A DNA stretch of 64,000 bases from Escherichia coli 042 (GTDB lineage: Bacteria > Pseudomonadota > Gammaproteobacteria > Enterobacterales > Enterobacteriaceae), in assembly GCF_000027125.1 (NCBI RefSeq), contig NC_017626.1; one strand, written 5' to 3'. Under the pieces are notes generated by a model that was not told the DNA's origin, searched no databases, and saw only the letters and a program-made list of their open reading frames with translations. The translations under genes were made by a program, and so were the position numbers. Position 1 is the stretch's first letter, and every line of letters begins with the position of its first letter. Shown piece after piece: positions 27,025 through 38,430 of the stretch.

Positions 27025-29451
27025 ATGATGAAAATCCATACCACAGAGGCGCTCATGAAGGCTGAAATCAGCCGTAGAAGTCTGATGAAAACCTCCGCAC
27101 TTGGCAGTCTCGCGCTGGCAAGCAGTGCTTTCACTCTGCCATTTTCCCAAATGGTCCGAGCGGCAGAGACACCGGTAGAAGAGAAAGCGGTCTGGAGTTC
27201 CTGCACCGTTAACTGCGGGAGCCGCTGTCTGTTACGTTTGCATGTGAAAGATGACACCGTGTACTGGGTGGAGTCTGATACGACAGGAGACGACGTCTAC
27301 GGTAATCATCAGGTTCGAGCGTGTTTACGCGGGCGCTCTATCCGTCGACGGATGAATCATCCTGATAGGTTGAAATATCCCATGAAGCGCGTCGGCAAGC
27401 GCGGTGAAGGTAAATTTGAACGGATAAGTTGGGATGAAGCCCTGGATACCATCAGTGATAATCTTCGGCGGATCCTTAAAGATTACGGCAATGAGGCTGT
27501 ACATGTTCTCTATGGAACAGGCGTAGATGGCGGAAACATCACCAACTCAAACGTCCCGTACCGTCTGATGAACTCTTGCGGTGGTTTTCTCAGTCGCTAT
27601 GGCAGCTACAGTACCGCTCAAATCAGTGCCGCAATGAGTTATATGTTCGGTGCCAATGATGGCAACAGCCCGGATGATATCGCCAATACGAAACTGGTCG
27701 TTATGTTCGGAAATAACCCGGCAGAAACGCGGATGAGCGGCGGTGGTGTCACTTACTACGTCGAGCAAGCCCGAGAACGTTCAAACGCACGCATGATCGT
27801 CATCGATCCACGTTATAACGACACTGCTGCCGGGCGTGAAGATGAATGGCTGCCAATTCGCCCAGGCACCGATGGCGCACTGGCCTGTGCGATTGCCTGG
27901 GTACTGATTACTGAAAACATGGTCGATCAGCCATTTCTCGACAAATATTGTGTTGGTTACGATGAAAAAACGCTGCCCGCCAACGCACCACGTAACGCGC
28001 ATTATAAAGCCTATATTCTGGGCGAAGGGCCTGACGGCATAGCTAAAACGCCGGAATGGGCAGCAAAAATCACCAGCATCCCGGCAGAAAAAATTATCCA
28101 GTTGGCACGAGAGATCGGTTCAGCAAAACCTGCTTATATTTGTCAGGGTTGGGGGCCACAACGACACTCCAACGGCGAGCAAACGTCCCGCGCTATTGCC
28201 ATGCTTTCCGTTCTCACCGGTAACGTCGGCATAAACGGCGGCAACTCAGGTGTACGCGAAGGTAGCTGGGATCTGGGGGTAGAATGGTTCCCGATGCTCG
28301 AGAATCCTGTTAAAACGCAGATTTCCGTCTTTACATGGACAGATGCCATCGACCATGGTACGGAAATGACCGCGACCCGTGATGGTGTTCGTGGAAAAGA
28401 AAAACTGGATGTCCCCATCAAGTTTTTATGGTGCTACGCCAGTAACACATTGATCAATCAACATGGCGACATCAATCACACCCATGAGGTGCTTCAGGAT
28501 GACAGCAAGTGCGAGATGATTGTTGGCATTGACCACTTCATGACGGCCTCGGCTAAGTATTGCGATATCCTGTTGCCCGACCTGATGCCAACAGAGCAAG
28601 AAGACCTTATCTCTCATGAATCTGCAGGGAATATGGGCTATGTGATCCTCGCCCAACCCGCAACCTCAGCAAAATTTGAACGCAAACCCATCTACTGGAT
28701 GCTGAGTGAAGTCGCCAAACGCTTAGGACCGGACGTTTATCAAACCTTTACTGAAGGTCGCAGTCAGCATGAATGGATCAAATATCTCCATGCGAAAACG
28801 AAGGAACGTAACCCTGAGATGCCCGACTACGAGGAGATGAAAACGACCGGGATCTTTAAGAAAAAATGCCCGGAAGAACACTACGTCGCTTTCCGCGCAT
28901 TCCGTGAAGATCCACAGGCAAACCCGTTGAAAACACCTTCGGGGAAAATCGAAATTTATTCTGAACGACTGGCGACGATTGCGGATACCTGGGAATTGAA
29001 AAAAGATGAAATTATTCATCCCCTTCCTGCGTATACCCCAGGTTTTGATGGCTGGGACGATCCCCTGCGGAAAACCTATCCACTGCAGTTAACGGGCTTC
29101 CACTACAAAGCGCGTACCCACTCCAGCTACGGCAATATTGATGTGTTACAGCAGGCCTGCCCACAAGAGGTGTGGATCAACCCTATTGATGCTCAGGCAC
29201 GCGGTATCCGTCATGGCGATACCGTGCGGGTATTTAACAATAATGGAGAAATGCTGATTGCCGCAAAAGTGACTCCGCGTATTCTGCCTGGCGTTACCGC
29301 CATCGGGCAAGGTGCGTGGCTTAAAGCGGATATGTTTGGTGACCGGGTCGATCACGGCGGCAGTATCAATATTCTGACCTCTCACCGCCCTTCACCGCTG
29401 GCAAAGGGAAACCCGTCGCACAGCAATCTTGTCCAGATCGAAAAGGTTTAA
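27025..29451 (+). CDS. ynfF: Tat-exported molybdopterin oxidoreductase, DmsA paralogue YnfF
   Basis: 808 aa. ISRRSLMKTSALGSLALAS leader; CTVNCGSRC motif. Tandem paralogue of ynfE. Confidence 0.95.
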   Translation: MMKIHTTEALMKAEISRRSLMKTSALGSLALASSAFTLPFSQMVRAAETPVEEKAVWSSCTVNCGSRCLLRLHVKDDTVYWVESDTTGDDVYGNHQVRACLRGRSIRRRMNHPDRLKYPMKRVGKRGEGKFERISWDEALDTISDNLRRILKDYGNEAVHVLYGTGVDGGNITNSNVPYRLMNSCGGFLSRYGSYSTAQISAAMSYMFGANDGNSPDDIANTKLVVMFGNNPAETRMSGGGVTYYVEQARERSNARMIVIDPRYNDTAAGREDEWLPIRPGTDGALACAIAWVLITENMVDQPFLDKYCVGYDEKTLPANAPRNAHYKAYILGEGPDGIAKTPEWAAKITSIPAEKIIQLAREIGSAKPAYICQGWGPQRHSNGEQTSRAIAMLSVLTGNVGINGGNSGVREGSWDLGVEWFPMLENPVKTQISVFTWTDAIDHGTEMTATRDGVRGKEKLDVPIKFLWCYASNTLINQHGDINHTHEVLQDDSKCEMIVGIDHFMTASAKYCDILLPDLMPTEQEDLISHESAGNMGYVILAQPATSAKFERKPIYWMLSEVAKRLGPDVYQTFTEGRSQHEWIKYLHAKTKERNPEMPDYEEMKTTGIFKKKCPEEHYVAFRAFREDPQANPLKTPSGKIEIYSERLATIADTWELKKDEIIHPLPAYTPGFDGWDDPLRKTYPLQLTGFHYKARTHSSYGNIDVLQQACPQEVWINPIDAQARGIRHGDTVRVFNNNGEMLIAAKVTPRILPGVTAIGQGAWLKADMFGDRVDHGGSINILTSHRPSPLAKGNPSHSNLVQIEKV

Positions 29452-29461
29452 GGAGTAGCCC

Positions 29462-30079
29462 ATGACCACACAATATGGATTTTTTATCGATTCCAGCCGC
29501 TGTACTGGCTGTAAAACCTGCGAACTGGCGTGCAAAGATTTTAAAGATCTTGGCCCGGAAGTCAGTTTCCGCCGTATTTATGAATATGCTGGCGGCGACT
29601 GGCAGGAAGATAATGGCGTCTGGCACCAGAACGTGTTCGCTTATTATCTCTCCATCTCCTGTAACCATTGCGATGACCCCGCATGTACAAAAGTCTGCCC
29701 CAGCGGCGCAATGCATAAGCGTGAAGATGGCTTTGTGGTGGTTGATGAAAATGTTTGTATCGGCTGCCGCTACTGCCACATGGCTTGTCCGTACGGCGCG
29801 CCACAGTACAATGCTGAAAAAGGGCACATGACGAAGTGCGATGGTTGTTATTCGCGCGTCGCCGAGGGGAAACAACCCATATGTGTCGAATCCTGCCCGC
29901 TGCGTACACTTGAGTTCGGTCCAATTGAAGAGCTGCGCCAGAAGCACGGCACTCTTGCTGCCGTCGCGCCACTGCCGCGCGCGCATTTCACAAAACCCAA
30001 TATCGTTATCAAACCTAACGCCAACAGCCGCCCGACCGGCGATACCACTGGTTATCTGGCTAATCCGGAGGAAGTGTAA
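29462..30079 (+). CDS. ynfG: 4Fe-4S ferredoxin subunit, DmsB paralogue YnfG
   Basis: MTTQYGFFIDSSRCTGCKTCELACKDFKDLG..., four Cys clusters, 205 aa. Confidence 0.95.
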   Translation: MTTQYGFFIDSSRCTGCKTCELACKDFKDLGPEVSFRRIYEYAGGDWQEDNGVWHQNVFAYYLSISCNHCDDPACTKVCPSGAMHKREDGFVVVDENVCIGCRYCHMACPYGAPQYNAEKGHMTKCDGCYSRVAEGKQPICVESCPLRTLEFGPIEELRQKHGTLAAVAPLPRAHFTKPNIVIKPNANSRPTGDTTGYLANPEEV

Positions 30080-30080
30080 A

Positions 30081-30935
30081 ATGGGAAATGGATGGCATGA
30101 ATGGCCACTGGTTATCTTTACCGTATTGGGTCAATGCGTAGTAGGCGCGCTGATTGTTAGCGGAATTGGCTGGTTCGCCGCCAAAAATGACGCAGACCGT
30201 CAGCACATTGTTCGTGGCATGTTTTTCCTCTGGCTGTTGATGGGCATCGGGTTTATTGCCTCTGTCATGCACCTGGGATCGCCACTGCGGGCGTTTAACT
30301 CGCTGAATCGAATCGGAGCTTCTGGTCTGAGTAACGAGATTGCTGCCGGTTCAATATTTTTTGCCGTAGGCGGATTATGGTGGCTGGTGGCGGTCATCGG
30401 TAAAATGCCGCAAGCGTTGGGGAAACTCTGGTTACTTGTCAGCATGGCGCTCGGCGTCATTTTCGTCTGGATGATGACCTGCGTGTATCAAATCGACACA
30501 GTGCCAACCTGGCATAACGGTTACACTACGCTGGCTTTCTTCCTGACAGTATTGTTGAGCGGTCCAATACTTGCTGCCGCAATTCTGCGGGCAGCCCGCG
30601 TTACATTTAATACCACACCATTTGCCATCATTAGCGTTCTGGCGCTGATCGCTTGTGCCGGGGTGATTGTGCTGCAAGGTTTGTCTCTGGCGTCTATTCA
30701 CTCATCCGTACAACAAGCCAGCGCACTGGTACCAGATTACGCCTCCTTACAGGTCTGGCGTGTGGTATTGTTATGCACAGGTCTAGGATGCTGGCTTTGT
30801 CCGCTCATTCGTCGCCGTGAACCTCACGTTGCCGGACTTATTCTGGGGCTAATCCTCATACTTGGCGGTGAGATGATCGGGCGTGTGCTCTTTTATGGCC
30901 TGCACATGACGGTAGGAATGGCCATTGCAGGTTAA
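30081..30935 (+). CDS. ynfH: Membrane anchor subunit, DmsC paralogue YnfH
   Basis: ORF 29841..30935 trimmed to ATG 30081 (MGNGWHEWPLVIFTVLGQCVVGALIV), 284 aa polytopic. Confidence 0.9.
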   Translation: MGNGWHEWPLVIFTVLGQCVVGALIVSGIGWFAAKNDADRQHIVRGMFFLWLLMGIGFIASVMHLGSPLRAFNSLNRIGASGLSNEIAAGSIFFAVGGLWWLVAVIGKMPQALGKLWLLVSMALGVIFVWMMTCVYQIDTVPTWHNGYTTLAFFLTVLLSGPILAAAILRAARVTFNTTPFAIISVLALIACAGVIVLQGLSLASIHSSVQQASALVPDYASLQVWRVVLLCTGLGCWLCPLIRRREPHVAGLILGLILILGGEMIGRVLFYGLHMTVGMAIAG

Positions 30936-30977
30936 CAAATTGGTGCGGGGCAACCCGCACATTTCAGGATGTTAGGA

Positions 30978-31592
30978 ATGACCCATTTTTCACAGCAAGA
31001 TAATTTTTCTGTCGCGGCGCGCGTGTTGGGCGCGCTGTTTTATTACGCTCCAGAGAGTGCGGAAGCCGCACCACTGGTTGCGGTACTCACCAGTGACGGC
31101 TGGGAAACTCAGTGGCCTCTACCAGAAGCGTCATTAGCGCCGCTGGTGACGGCTTTTCAGGCACAGAGTGAAGAGACTCGCGCCCAGGCCTGGCAACGTT
31201 TGTTTGTCGGTCCGTGGGCTCTGCCATCACCGCCGTGGGGGTCGGTCTGGCTGGATCGCGAATCTGTGCTGTTTGGCGATTCAACATTGGCACTTCGTCA
31301 GTGGATGCGCGAGAAAGGCATTCAGTTTGAAATGCAGCAAAACGAACCGGAAGATCATTTTGGTTCACTGCTGTTGATGGCTGCGTGGTTGGCGGAGAAT
31401 GGTCGCCAGACAGAATGCGAAGAATTGCTGGCATGGCACCTTTTTCCGTGGTCAACACGTTTTCTTGACGTTTTTATCGAAAAAGCAGAACACCCTTTCT
31501 ACCGTGCACTGGGTGAACTGGCTCGCTTAACGCTGGCGCAATGGCAATCACAACTGTTAATTCCTGTCGCGGTTAAACCACTCTTTCGATAG
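30978..31592 (+). CDS. dmsD: Tat proofreading chaperone DmsD
   Basis: ORF 30969..31592 trimmed to MTHFSQQDNFSVAARVLGALFYYAPES, 204 aa. Confidence 0.9.
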   Translation: MTHFSQQDNFSVAARVLGALFYYAPESAEAAPLVAVLTSDGWETQWPLPEASLAPLVTAFQAQSEETRAQAWQRLFVGPWALPSPPWGSVWLDRESVLFGDSTLALRQWMREKGIQFEMQQNEPEDHFGSLLLMAAWLAENGRQTECEELLAWHLFPWSTRFLDVFIEKAEHPFYRALGELARLTLAQWQSQLLIPVAVKPLFR

Positions 31593-31785
31593 GATCACCG
31601 TAATATTGCCGGATGGTGGCGATTACGCGCAATTCGGCAATAATAGGTTACAGTGTCACGTTTTTTATCTCTTAAAGCACGCACTGCTTTTGCGTCTGGC
31701 TTCTTTTGCCGCAAAATAGTCGCCCGTGTTTCATTGCCCATTTCTGCTCATGCATCATCTACACATCTATCCGGATCTGCGCACT

Positions 31786-33042
31786 ATGTTCCGCCGTCTG
31801 CTTATCGCAACAGCTGTCGGTATTCTCGCGGCCTTTGCCGTTGCCGGGTTTCGTCATGCGATGCTGCTACTGGAGTGGTTGTTCCTCAATAATGACTCGG
31901 GCAGTCTGGTCAATGCAGCGACAAATCTTTCCCCGTGGCGACGGCTTCTAACTCCGGCGCTCGGCGGACTGGCGGCGGGTTTGTTGTTGATGGGCTGGCA
32001 GAAATTTACCCAGCAACGCCCTCATGCGCCGACCGATTACATGGAAGCGTTGCAAACCGATGGGCAGTTTGATTACGCAGCAAGCCTGGTTAAATCCCTT
32101 GCCTCTCTGCTGGTAGTAACCAGCGGCAGTGCAATTGGTCGCGAAGGTGCGATGATTCTTTTAGCTGCCCTTGCTGCCTCCTATTTTGCGCAACGTTTTA
32201 CGCCACGCCAGGAGTGGAAATTTTGGATCGCCTGTGGAGCTGCGGCGGGAATGGCTGCGGCCTATCGTGCCCCGCTTGCTGGCAGTTTATTTATAGCCGA
32301 AGTGCTGTTTGGCACTATGATGTTGGCCTCTCTCGGCCCGGTGATTATTTCCGCCGTCGTGGCGTTGCTGGTTAGCAATCTGATTAATCATAGCGACGCG
32401 TTACTCTACAGCGTACAACTCTCAGTGACGGTTCAGGCTCGTGACTATGCGCTGATTATCAGTACAGGTGTGCTGGCAGGTCTGTGCGGACCACTGTTGT
32501 TAACGTTGATGAACGCCTGTCATCGTGGATTTGTAAGTCTCAAGCTTGCGCCGCCCTGGCAACTGGCACTGGGCGGGTTGATCGTGGGTCTGCTTTCCCT
32601 GTTCACACCTGCAGTGTGGGGCAACGGCTATAGCACCGTACAATCCTTTTTAACCGCTCCGCCACTGTTAATGATCATTGCCGGGATCTTCCTCTGTAAA
32701 CTGTTTGCCGTGCTGGCGAGTAGTGGTTCTGGCGCGCCCGGTGGTGTCTTTACACCGACGCTATTTATCGGTCTTGCCATTGGCATGTTGTATGGTCGTA
32801 GCCTGGGATTATGGTTCCCTGATGGCGAAGAAATGACGCTTTTACTCGGATTGACCGGGATGGCGACACTGTTGGCGGCAACCACGCACGCGCCGATTAT
32901 GTCGACGTTGATGATATGTGAAATGACCGGGGAATATCAGCTACTCCCCGGTTTATTGATTGCCTGCGTAATTGCGTCGGTAATTTCGCGGACGTTACAC
33001 CGTGACTCTATCTACCGCCAGCACACTGCGCAGCATAGCTAA
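31786..33042 (+). CDS. clcB: Voltage-gated ClC-type chloride channel ClcB
   Basis: ORF 31726..33042 trimmed to [40 protein letters not shown] and GxFxP motifs, 418 aa. Confidence 0.9.
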   Translation: MFRRLLIATAVGILAAFAVAGFRHAMLLLEWLFLNNDSGSLVNAATNLSPWRRLLTPALGGLAAGLLLMGWQKFTQQRPHAPTDYMEALQTDGQFDYAASLVKSLASLLVVTSGSAIGREGAMILLAALAASYFAQRFTPRQEWKFWIACGAAAGMAAAYRAPLAGSLFIAEVLFGTMMLASLGPVIISAVVALLVSNLINHSDALLYSVQLSVTVQARDYALIISTGVLAGLCGPLLLTLMNACHRGFVSLKLAPPWQLALGGLIVGLLSLFTPAVWGNGYSTVQSFLTAPPLLMIIAGIFLCKLFAVLASSGSGAPGGVFTPTLFIGLAIGMLYGRSLGLWFPDGEEMTLLLGLTGMATLLAATTHAPIMSTLMICEMTGEYQLLPGLLIACVIASVISRTLHRDSIYRQHTAQHS

Positions 33043-33690
33043 GCGGATGTATTGCCCCAGTTCACGCTGTTCGGCGCGCGGCAGATAAGGCAGTTCACCA
33101 ATGAGCGGTGCCGGAAGTTTTTTACCCAGCACATCAATGATTTCCGCATAATGCGCCAGTCCTGGATTGATTCGGTTAGCCACCCAGCCAATGAGCGGCA
33201 GCCCGTCGTTGGCAATCGCCTGAGCTGTTAGTAGTGCATGGTTAATGCAACCTTCCTGAATACCGACAACCATCAATACCGGCAGTTGTTCCTGCACCAC
33301 CCATTCAGAGAGTGGACGCAAATCATTCATCAGACTGCGCCAGCCGCCAGTCCCTTCTACCACGACATGATCGACTTTTTCGGTCAGGTTTGCCAGGCCG
33401 TTTGAAATGAGGGTGTAATTGATTGGGCAACTGTGCGCCACGCTACTTTCTTCTTCGCTTAACGCGATAGGATTAACTGCTTCATAAGGCAGTTCGATGG
33501 TTGAAACACTCTGCAACACCAGGGCATCTTTATTACGCAGCCCTTCGGGTGTCTCTTTGCTCCCCTTCGCTACGGGTTTATATCCCGCAACCGTTTTTCC
33601 CTGGGAGGCTAACGCTTGTAGCAATGCGCGGGAAACCACCGTTTTCCCTACAGAAGTGTCTGTACCGGTAATAAAGAAACGCTTCAGCAT
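32995..33690 (-). CDS. ynfK: Dethiobiotin synthetase paralogue YnfK (BioD2)
   Basis: ORF trimmed to [28 protein letters not shown] (P-loop GTDTSVGKT). Its 3' end overlaps clcB convergently. Confidence 0.9.
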
Positions 33691-33814
33691 CACTAACTCC
33701 ACCGTTATGCTTCACAAATATAAACTAGGAAAATAATTAACTTTGAAAGTCTAAGTTATGCTTTCCTGGCCCAAATTGAGATAGCGCAAATTTTGGTAGA
33801 ACAGTTAAAAAATG

Positions 33815-35035
33815 TTAACCCTGCAACAGACGAATCAACAAAGAACCGTTATACATCGCGTCTTTTACCAGCGCAGCCCCTGCCATCGTACCCTGGTTAG
33901 AAAACTGAGTACTCTCAACGCTAATGTGCTGACTATACGCAGGAAGGGCCTGCTGACGGATGCTGTCCGAGATGACCGGGAAGAGGATATCTGCCGCTTT
34001 ACTTAACGGTGAGCCAATCAGTATTTTTTGTGGGTTAAATAAATTCACCATGATGGCAAGAATGCGCCCGACATGCGCGCCCACCCCGGTAATGATGTCT
34101 TTTGCCAGCAGATCGCCGCGCAATGCCGCCTGACACAATGAGTCCACGGTTAACGGCTGTCCATGTAACATCGAGCTCATGGATTGATTGAGACGCAGCT
34201 GTGCCAGCTCAAGAATACTGTCCACACTGGCGATGGTTTCGAGGCAGCCGTGATTCCCGCAATAACAACGTTTCCCATACGGGTCGACCTGTGTGTGGCC
34301 TATTTCCACGAGACTACTGCTGCCTGCGTGTAGCAGATGACCATCGGTAATGACGCCCGCCCCCACGTTGTGATCGATAACCACCTGAATCACATCGCGC
34401 GCCCCGCGTGAGGCACCAAACAAGGCCTCAGCCATCGTCCATGCGCTGATATCATGCTGAATATAAACCGGTACGCCGGTATGCTGCTCCAGCGCCTCGC
34501 CGAGCGGCATCTCTTTTACATCCTCGTAGAACGGCATGCGATGTACAATACCATTTTCCGTATCAATAATTCCCGGCAAGGTAATGGCAATCGAAGTCAG
34601 ACGCTCAAGTTTTTTCTGATGGCGGATAAAAAACTGATCGATATGGGAAATAATACGATCCAGCAATGGCAAGTCATCTTTTAACGCCAGTTCCTGCGAC
34701 TCTTCCACCACCAGTTTGCTGCTCAGATCGCGCAGAGCAAGGAAAATCTCCCCGCGACTAATGCGCAGAGAAAGATAGTGCCAGGCTTCAGTTTCAACCA
34801 CCAGCCCCACCGCCGGACGGCCACGGTTCCCCGCTTCTTTGATTTCCAGCTCTTGCACCAGGTGTGCTTCGAGCATCTCACGGACAATTTTAGTGATACT
34901 GGCAGGAGCCAGTTGCGCCAGACGGGAAAGATCGATACGCGAGACTGGACCAAGCTGATCAATCAGGCGATAAACCGCGCCCGCGTTGGTCTGCTTTATT
35001 TGATCAATGTGCCCAGGCTGGTTTTCAGCAACCAC
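33815..35035 (-). CDS. mlc: ROK-family global repressor Mlc (DgsA), GTG start
   Basis: (M)VAENQPGHIDQIKQTNAGAVYRLIDQLGPVSRIDLSRLAQL..., 406 aa. Confidence 0.95.
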   Translation of the reverse strand: MVAENQPGHIDQIKQTNAGAVYRLIDQLGPVSRIDLSRLAQLAPASITKIVREMLEAHLVQELEIKEAGNRGRPAVGLVVETEAWHYLSLRISRGEIFLALRDLSSKLVVEESQELALKDDLPLLDRIISHIDQFFIRHQKKLERLTSIAITLPGIIDTENGIVHRMPFYEDVKEMPLGEALEQHTGVPVYIQHDISAWTMAEALFGASRGARDVIQVVIDHNVGAGVITDGHLLHAGSSSLVEIGHTQVDPYGKRCYCGNHGCLETIASVDSILELAQLRLNQSMSSMLHGQPLTVDSLCQAALRGDLLAKDIITGVGAHVGRILAIMVNLFNPQKILIGSPLSKAADILFPVISDSIRQQALPAYSQHISVESTQFSNQGTMAGAALVKDAMYNGSLLIRLLQG

Positions 35036-35169
35036 CGCATACTCCCTATATTTTCGCGCTCCGAAATAATCTGTAGGCTATGGTGAAGCACTTCAATACG
35101 TGTCGTCAAATTTTTACTTAGGCATGTGATTAACAGCACATTTTTCGGGCTTTTTCGCTGAAATTTCCC

Positions 35170-36063
35170 TCACCTGAGAGCATTCAGCAGATGAATACGA
35201 AAGTTACGCGCAGCTGGACTTTGTTCATGATGTTTCGGCCAGACCAACCACATTTCAGAAACTGCATCCTCTTCAGCAATCGGCACCCAGCGCATTTCGT
35301 TGAGCTGAACACGTTTAAATGACGCAGGCAAAATTGAAACACCCAGACCGGCGGAAACCAGACCGATGATGGTCATTGCCTCGCCCACCTCCTGAGTGAT
35401 GACGGGCGTCAAATGGTAACGTCGCATCAGTCCGAGAATATCGTCATACAGCCCTGTCCCTACATGCGGATCAAAAAAGACAAAGGGTTCTTTCGCCAGT
35501 TCAGCCAGCGTTACATTCGGGTTATTTGCCAGGGGATGATCGTGCGGGATCATCGCCATAAGCGGTTCATGGACGATGACTGCGTGTTCAAGCGTCTCCG
35601 GTAACGCTGTGTTACGCAGCAATCCCATATCCAGCGTTCCTTCAATGAGCGGGGCGATTTGCTCGCGAGTGTTCATTTCGCGGGTTTGTAAATGGACATC
35701 AGGATAATCACGGCGAAACAGCGATAACGTATCGGACACCGCCCGAATAAAAGGAGCGGACGAAGTAAAACCAATGCGCAACTCCCCCGCTTCGCCCTGA
35801 TGCAGCCTTTCAGCGCGAGCGGCAGCGTCATCCACCATAGACAGGATTTGCCGACTATCTGCAAGAAACTGTTTTCCTGCTGCCGTCAGCAATACACTGC
35901 GATTGGTCCGTGCCAGCAGTCGGGCACCGATTTGTTGCTCCAGTGCCTGAATCTGCTGACTTAGCGGCGGTTGCGAAATATTCAGGCGGGCAGCCGCGCG
36001 CCCAAAATGCAGCTCTTCCGCAACAGCAACAAAGTAACGCAGATGACGAAGTTCAATATTCAT
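35170..36063 (-). CDS. ynfL: LysR-type transcriptional regulator YnfL
   Basis: MNIELRHLRYFVAVAEELHFGRAAARLNISQPPLSQQIQALE..., 297 aa, divergent from ynfM. Confidence 0.9.
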   Translation of the reverse strand: MNIELRHLRYFVAVAEELHFGRAAARLNISQPPLSQQIQALEQQIGARLLARTNRSVLLTAAGKQFLADSRQILSMVDDAAARAERLHQGEAGELRIGFTSSAPFIRAVSDTLSLFRRDYPDVHLQTREMNTREQIAPLIEGTLDMGLLRNTALPETLEHAVIVHEPLMAMIPHDHPLANNPNVTLAELAKEPFVFFDPHVGTGLYDDILGLMRRYHLTPVITQEVGEAMTIIGLVSAGLGVSILPASFKRVQLNEMRWVPIAEEDAVSEMWLVWPKHHEQSPAARNFRIHLLNALR

Positions 36064-36169
36064 ATTTAAAACATCTTATTTGAGATTATTAATATATTAG
36101 ACAGAACAATTCCATTTTCCTACCCTATGTATAAACCTGATCCACAGGCATACTTAGCAAGGATTTCAA

Positions 36170-37423
36170 GTGAGCCGTACTACAACTGTTGATGGCGCTC
36201 CGGCAAGCGACACTGACAAGCAAAGCATTTCTCAGCCAAATCAATTTATTAAACGCGGTACGCCGCAATTTATGCGCGTCACCCTGGCGCTGTTCTCTGC
36301 CGGACTGGCAACCTTCGCACTTCTCTATTGTGTGCAACCTATCCTTCCGGTGCTTTCACAAGAGTTTGGCTTAACGCCTGCTAACAGTAGTATTTCACTG
36401 TCCATTTCAACGGCGATGTTGGCTATCGGTTTGCTGTTTACTGGCCCGCTATCCGATGCCATTGGTCGCAAACCAGTGATGGTCACGGCGCTACTGTTGG
36501 CCTCCATTTGTACGTTACTTTCGACAATGATGACCAGCTGGCACGGCATTTTGATTATGCGCGCCTTGATTGGGCTTTCGTTAAGTGGCGTGGCAGCTGT
36601 TGGCATGACTTATCTTAGCGAGGAAATCCACCCCAGTTTCGTGGCCTTTTCGATGGGGTTGTATATCAGCGGCAACTCAATTGGCGGTATGAGCGGACGC
36701 TTAATTAGCGGTGTCTTCACGGACTTTTTCAACTGGCGAATTGCTTTGGCGGCAATCGGTTGTTTCGCGCTGGCCTCGGCGTTGATGTTCTGGAAAATCC
36801 TCCCGGAATCACGCCATTTTCGCCCGACTTCACTGCGCCCTAAGACGTTATTCATCAACTTTCGTCTGCACTGGCGTGACCGGGGATTACCGTTATTGTT
36901 CGCAGAAGGCTTTTTGCTGATGGGGTCGTTCGTCACGCTGTTTAATTACATCGGCTATCGGTTGATGCTCTCTCCCTGGCATGTCAGCCAGGCCGTGGTT
37001 GGCTTATTATCGCTGGCCTATTTGACCGGTACATGGAGCTCCCCCAAAGCCGGAACCATGACCACCCGCTATGGGCGCGGTCCGGTGATGTTGTTTTCGA
37101 CGGGGGTTATGCTGTTTGGTTTACTGATGACCTTATTTAGCTCGCTGTGGCTGATCTTTGCCGGAATGTTACTCTTCTCAGCCGGATTCTTCGCAGCCCA
37201 CTCAGTAGCCAGCAGCTGGATCGGCCCCCGCGCAAAACGCGCTAAAGGCCAGGCCTCCTCGCTGTATCTGTTCAGTTACTATCTGGGGTCGAGTATTGCC
37301 GGGACGCTGGGTGGTGTTTTCTGGCATAACTATGGCTGGAACGGCGTCGGCGCATTTATTGCTCTGATGCTGGTCATTGCTCTGCTGGTCGGGACGAGTT
37401 TGCATCGTCGTCTGCACGCCTGA
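36170..37423 (+). CDS. ynfM: MFS transporter YnfM (GTG start)
   Basis: (M)SRTTTVDGAPASDTDKQSISQPNQFIKRGTPQFMRVTLALF..., 417 aa, 12-TM pattern. Confidence 0.9.
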   Translation: MSRTTTVDGAPASDTDKQSISQPNQFIKRGTPQFMRVTLALFSAGLATFALLYCVQPILPVLSQEFGLTPANSSISLSISTAMLAIGLLFTGPLSDAIGRKPVMVTALLLASICTLLSTMMTSWHGILIMRALIGLSLSGVAAVGMTYLSEEIHPSFVAFSMGLYISGNSIGGMSGRLISGVFTDFFNWRIALAAIGCFALASALMFWKILPESRHFRPTSLRPKTLFINFRLHWRDRGLPLLFAEGFLLMGSFVTLFNYIGYRLMLSPWHVSQAVVGLLSLAYLTGTWSSPKAGTMTTRYGRGPVMLFSTGVMLFGLLMTLFSSLWLIFAGMLLFSAGFFAAHSVASSWIGPRAKRAKGQASSLYLFSYYLGSSIAGTLGGVFWHNYGWNGVGAFIALMLVIALLVGTSLHRRLHA

Positions 37424-37846
37424 AAAATAAGTCCGGACTGCGGTAAATACCCATCCGGACTTATTGCCTGCTCAAACCAACGTTAATAGCCATCCTAAAA
37501 TAGACGAAGCGCCAGCCAATTCCCGCAGCGCATCTAGCGTCATCAGGATTATAAGTACCCAAATAAACGGATTCATTTTGCTGTGTGTCATTTATTACTG
37601 ATGCGCAGTTATTCTACCGCTTTGTAAGTAGTAAAATAGTTAACCTGATCAAGACTACTATTATTGGTAGCTAAATTTCCCTTAAGTCACAATACGTTAT
37701 TATCAACGCTGTAATTTATTCAGCGTTTGTACATATCGTTACACGCTGAAACCAACCACTCACGGAAGTCTGCCATTCCCAGGGATATAGTTATTTCAAC
37801 GGCCCCGCAGTGGGGTTAAATGAAAAAACAAATTGAGGGTATGACA

Positions 37847-38155
37847 ATGAAAAAAGTATTAGCTCTGGTTGTTGCCGCTGCTATGGGTCTGTCTTCTGCT
37901 GCCTTTGCTGCAGAGACTGCGACCACACCTGCTCCGACTGCGACGACCACCAAAGCAGCGCCGGCGAAAACCACACATCATAAAAAACAGCATAAAGCAG
38001 CACCTGCCCAGAAAGCGCAGGCGGCTAAAAAGCATCATAAAAATGCCAAAGCTGAACAGAAAGCTCCTGAACAAAAAGCGCAGGCAGCGAAGAAACACGC
38101 CAAGAAACACAGCCATCAGCAACCGGCAAAACCTGCTGCACAACCCGCAGCGTAA
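37847..38155 (+). CDS. asr: Acid shock protein Asr (low-complexity K/A/H/Q-rich periplasmic protein)
   Basis: ORF 37820..38155 trimmed to [23 protein letters not shown]..., 102 aa. Confidence 0.9.
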   Translation: MKKVLALVVAAAMGLSSAAFAAETATTPAPTATTTKAAPAKTTHHKKQHKAAPAQKAQAAKKHHKNAKAEQKAPEQKAQAAKKHAKKHSHQQPAKPAAQPAA

Positions 38156-38247
38156 GTTATCAATAGTAATGCTGGCGCGCCCCCTCGCGCCTGAAAATTA
38201 CGGTGCTAAGCGGATAACGTTTAGCACCGCCTTTAGCGGAGGGTAGT

Positions 38248-38331
38248 ATGGTGGGCCGTTATCGCTTTGAGTTCATTCTTATCATCCTTATTTTATGCGC
38301 ACTGATTGCCGCCCGTTTTTATCTTTCCTGA
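38248..38331 (+). CDS. ydgU: Small membrane protein YdgU (27 aa)
   Basis: Own translation: MVGRYRFEFILIILILCALIAARFYLS, TGA 38329-38331. Confidence 0.6.
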   Translation: MVGRYRFEFILIILILCALIAARFYLS

Positions 38332-38430
38332 TCGTAGTTATCTGATTTTACTCCCACTTTCATCCCGTCCCGTCTATAGTATTTATGAGGGTTTGCTTTT
38401 AATAATCATAATTACCCACCAGAGTGTGAT

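Noticed and set aside
26679-27257. 192-aa minus-strand ORF bridging ynfE and ynfF, with similar long antisense ORFs at 29366..29986, 29562..29972 and 24637..24987
   Set aside because: They are antisense to strongly supported oxidoreductase genes in GC-rich coding sequence. No start context or recognisable motifs.
24541-29451. Two consecutive 808-aa, highly similar molybdoenzymes, which could suggest an assembly duplication
   Set aside because: ynfE and ynfF are known tandem paralogues. The two copies differ throughout at protein level and each has its own Tat leader.
37859-38246. Alternative-frame ORFs within and opposite asr (94 aa and 125 aa, R/K/L-rich)
   Set aside because: They are artefacts of the low-complexity GCA/AAA-rich asr coding repeat. 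The Asr frame has a signal peptide and a recognised sequence.
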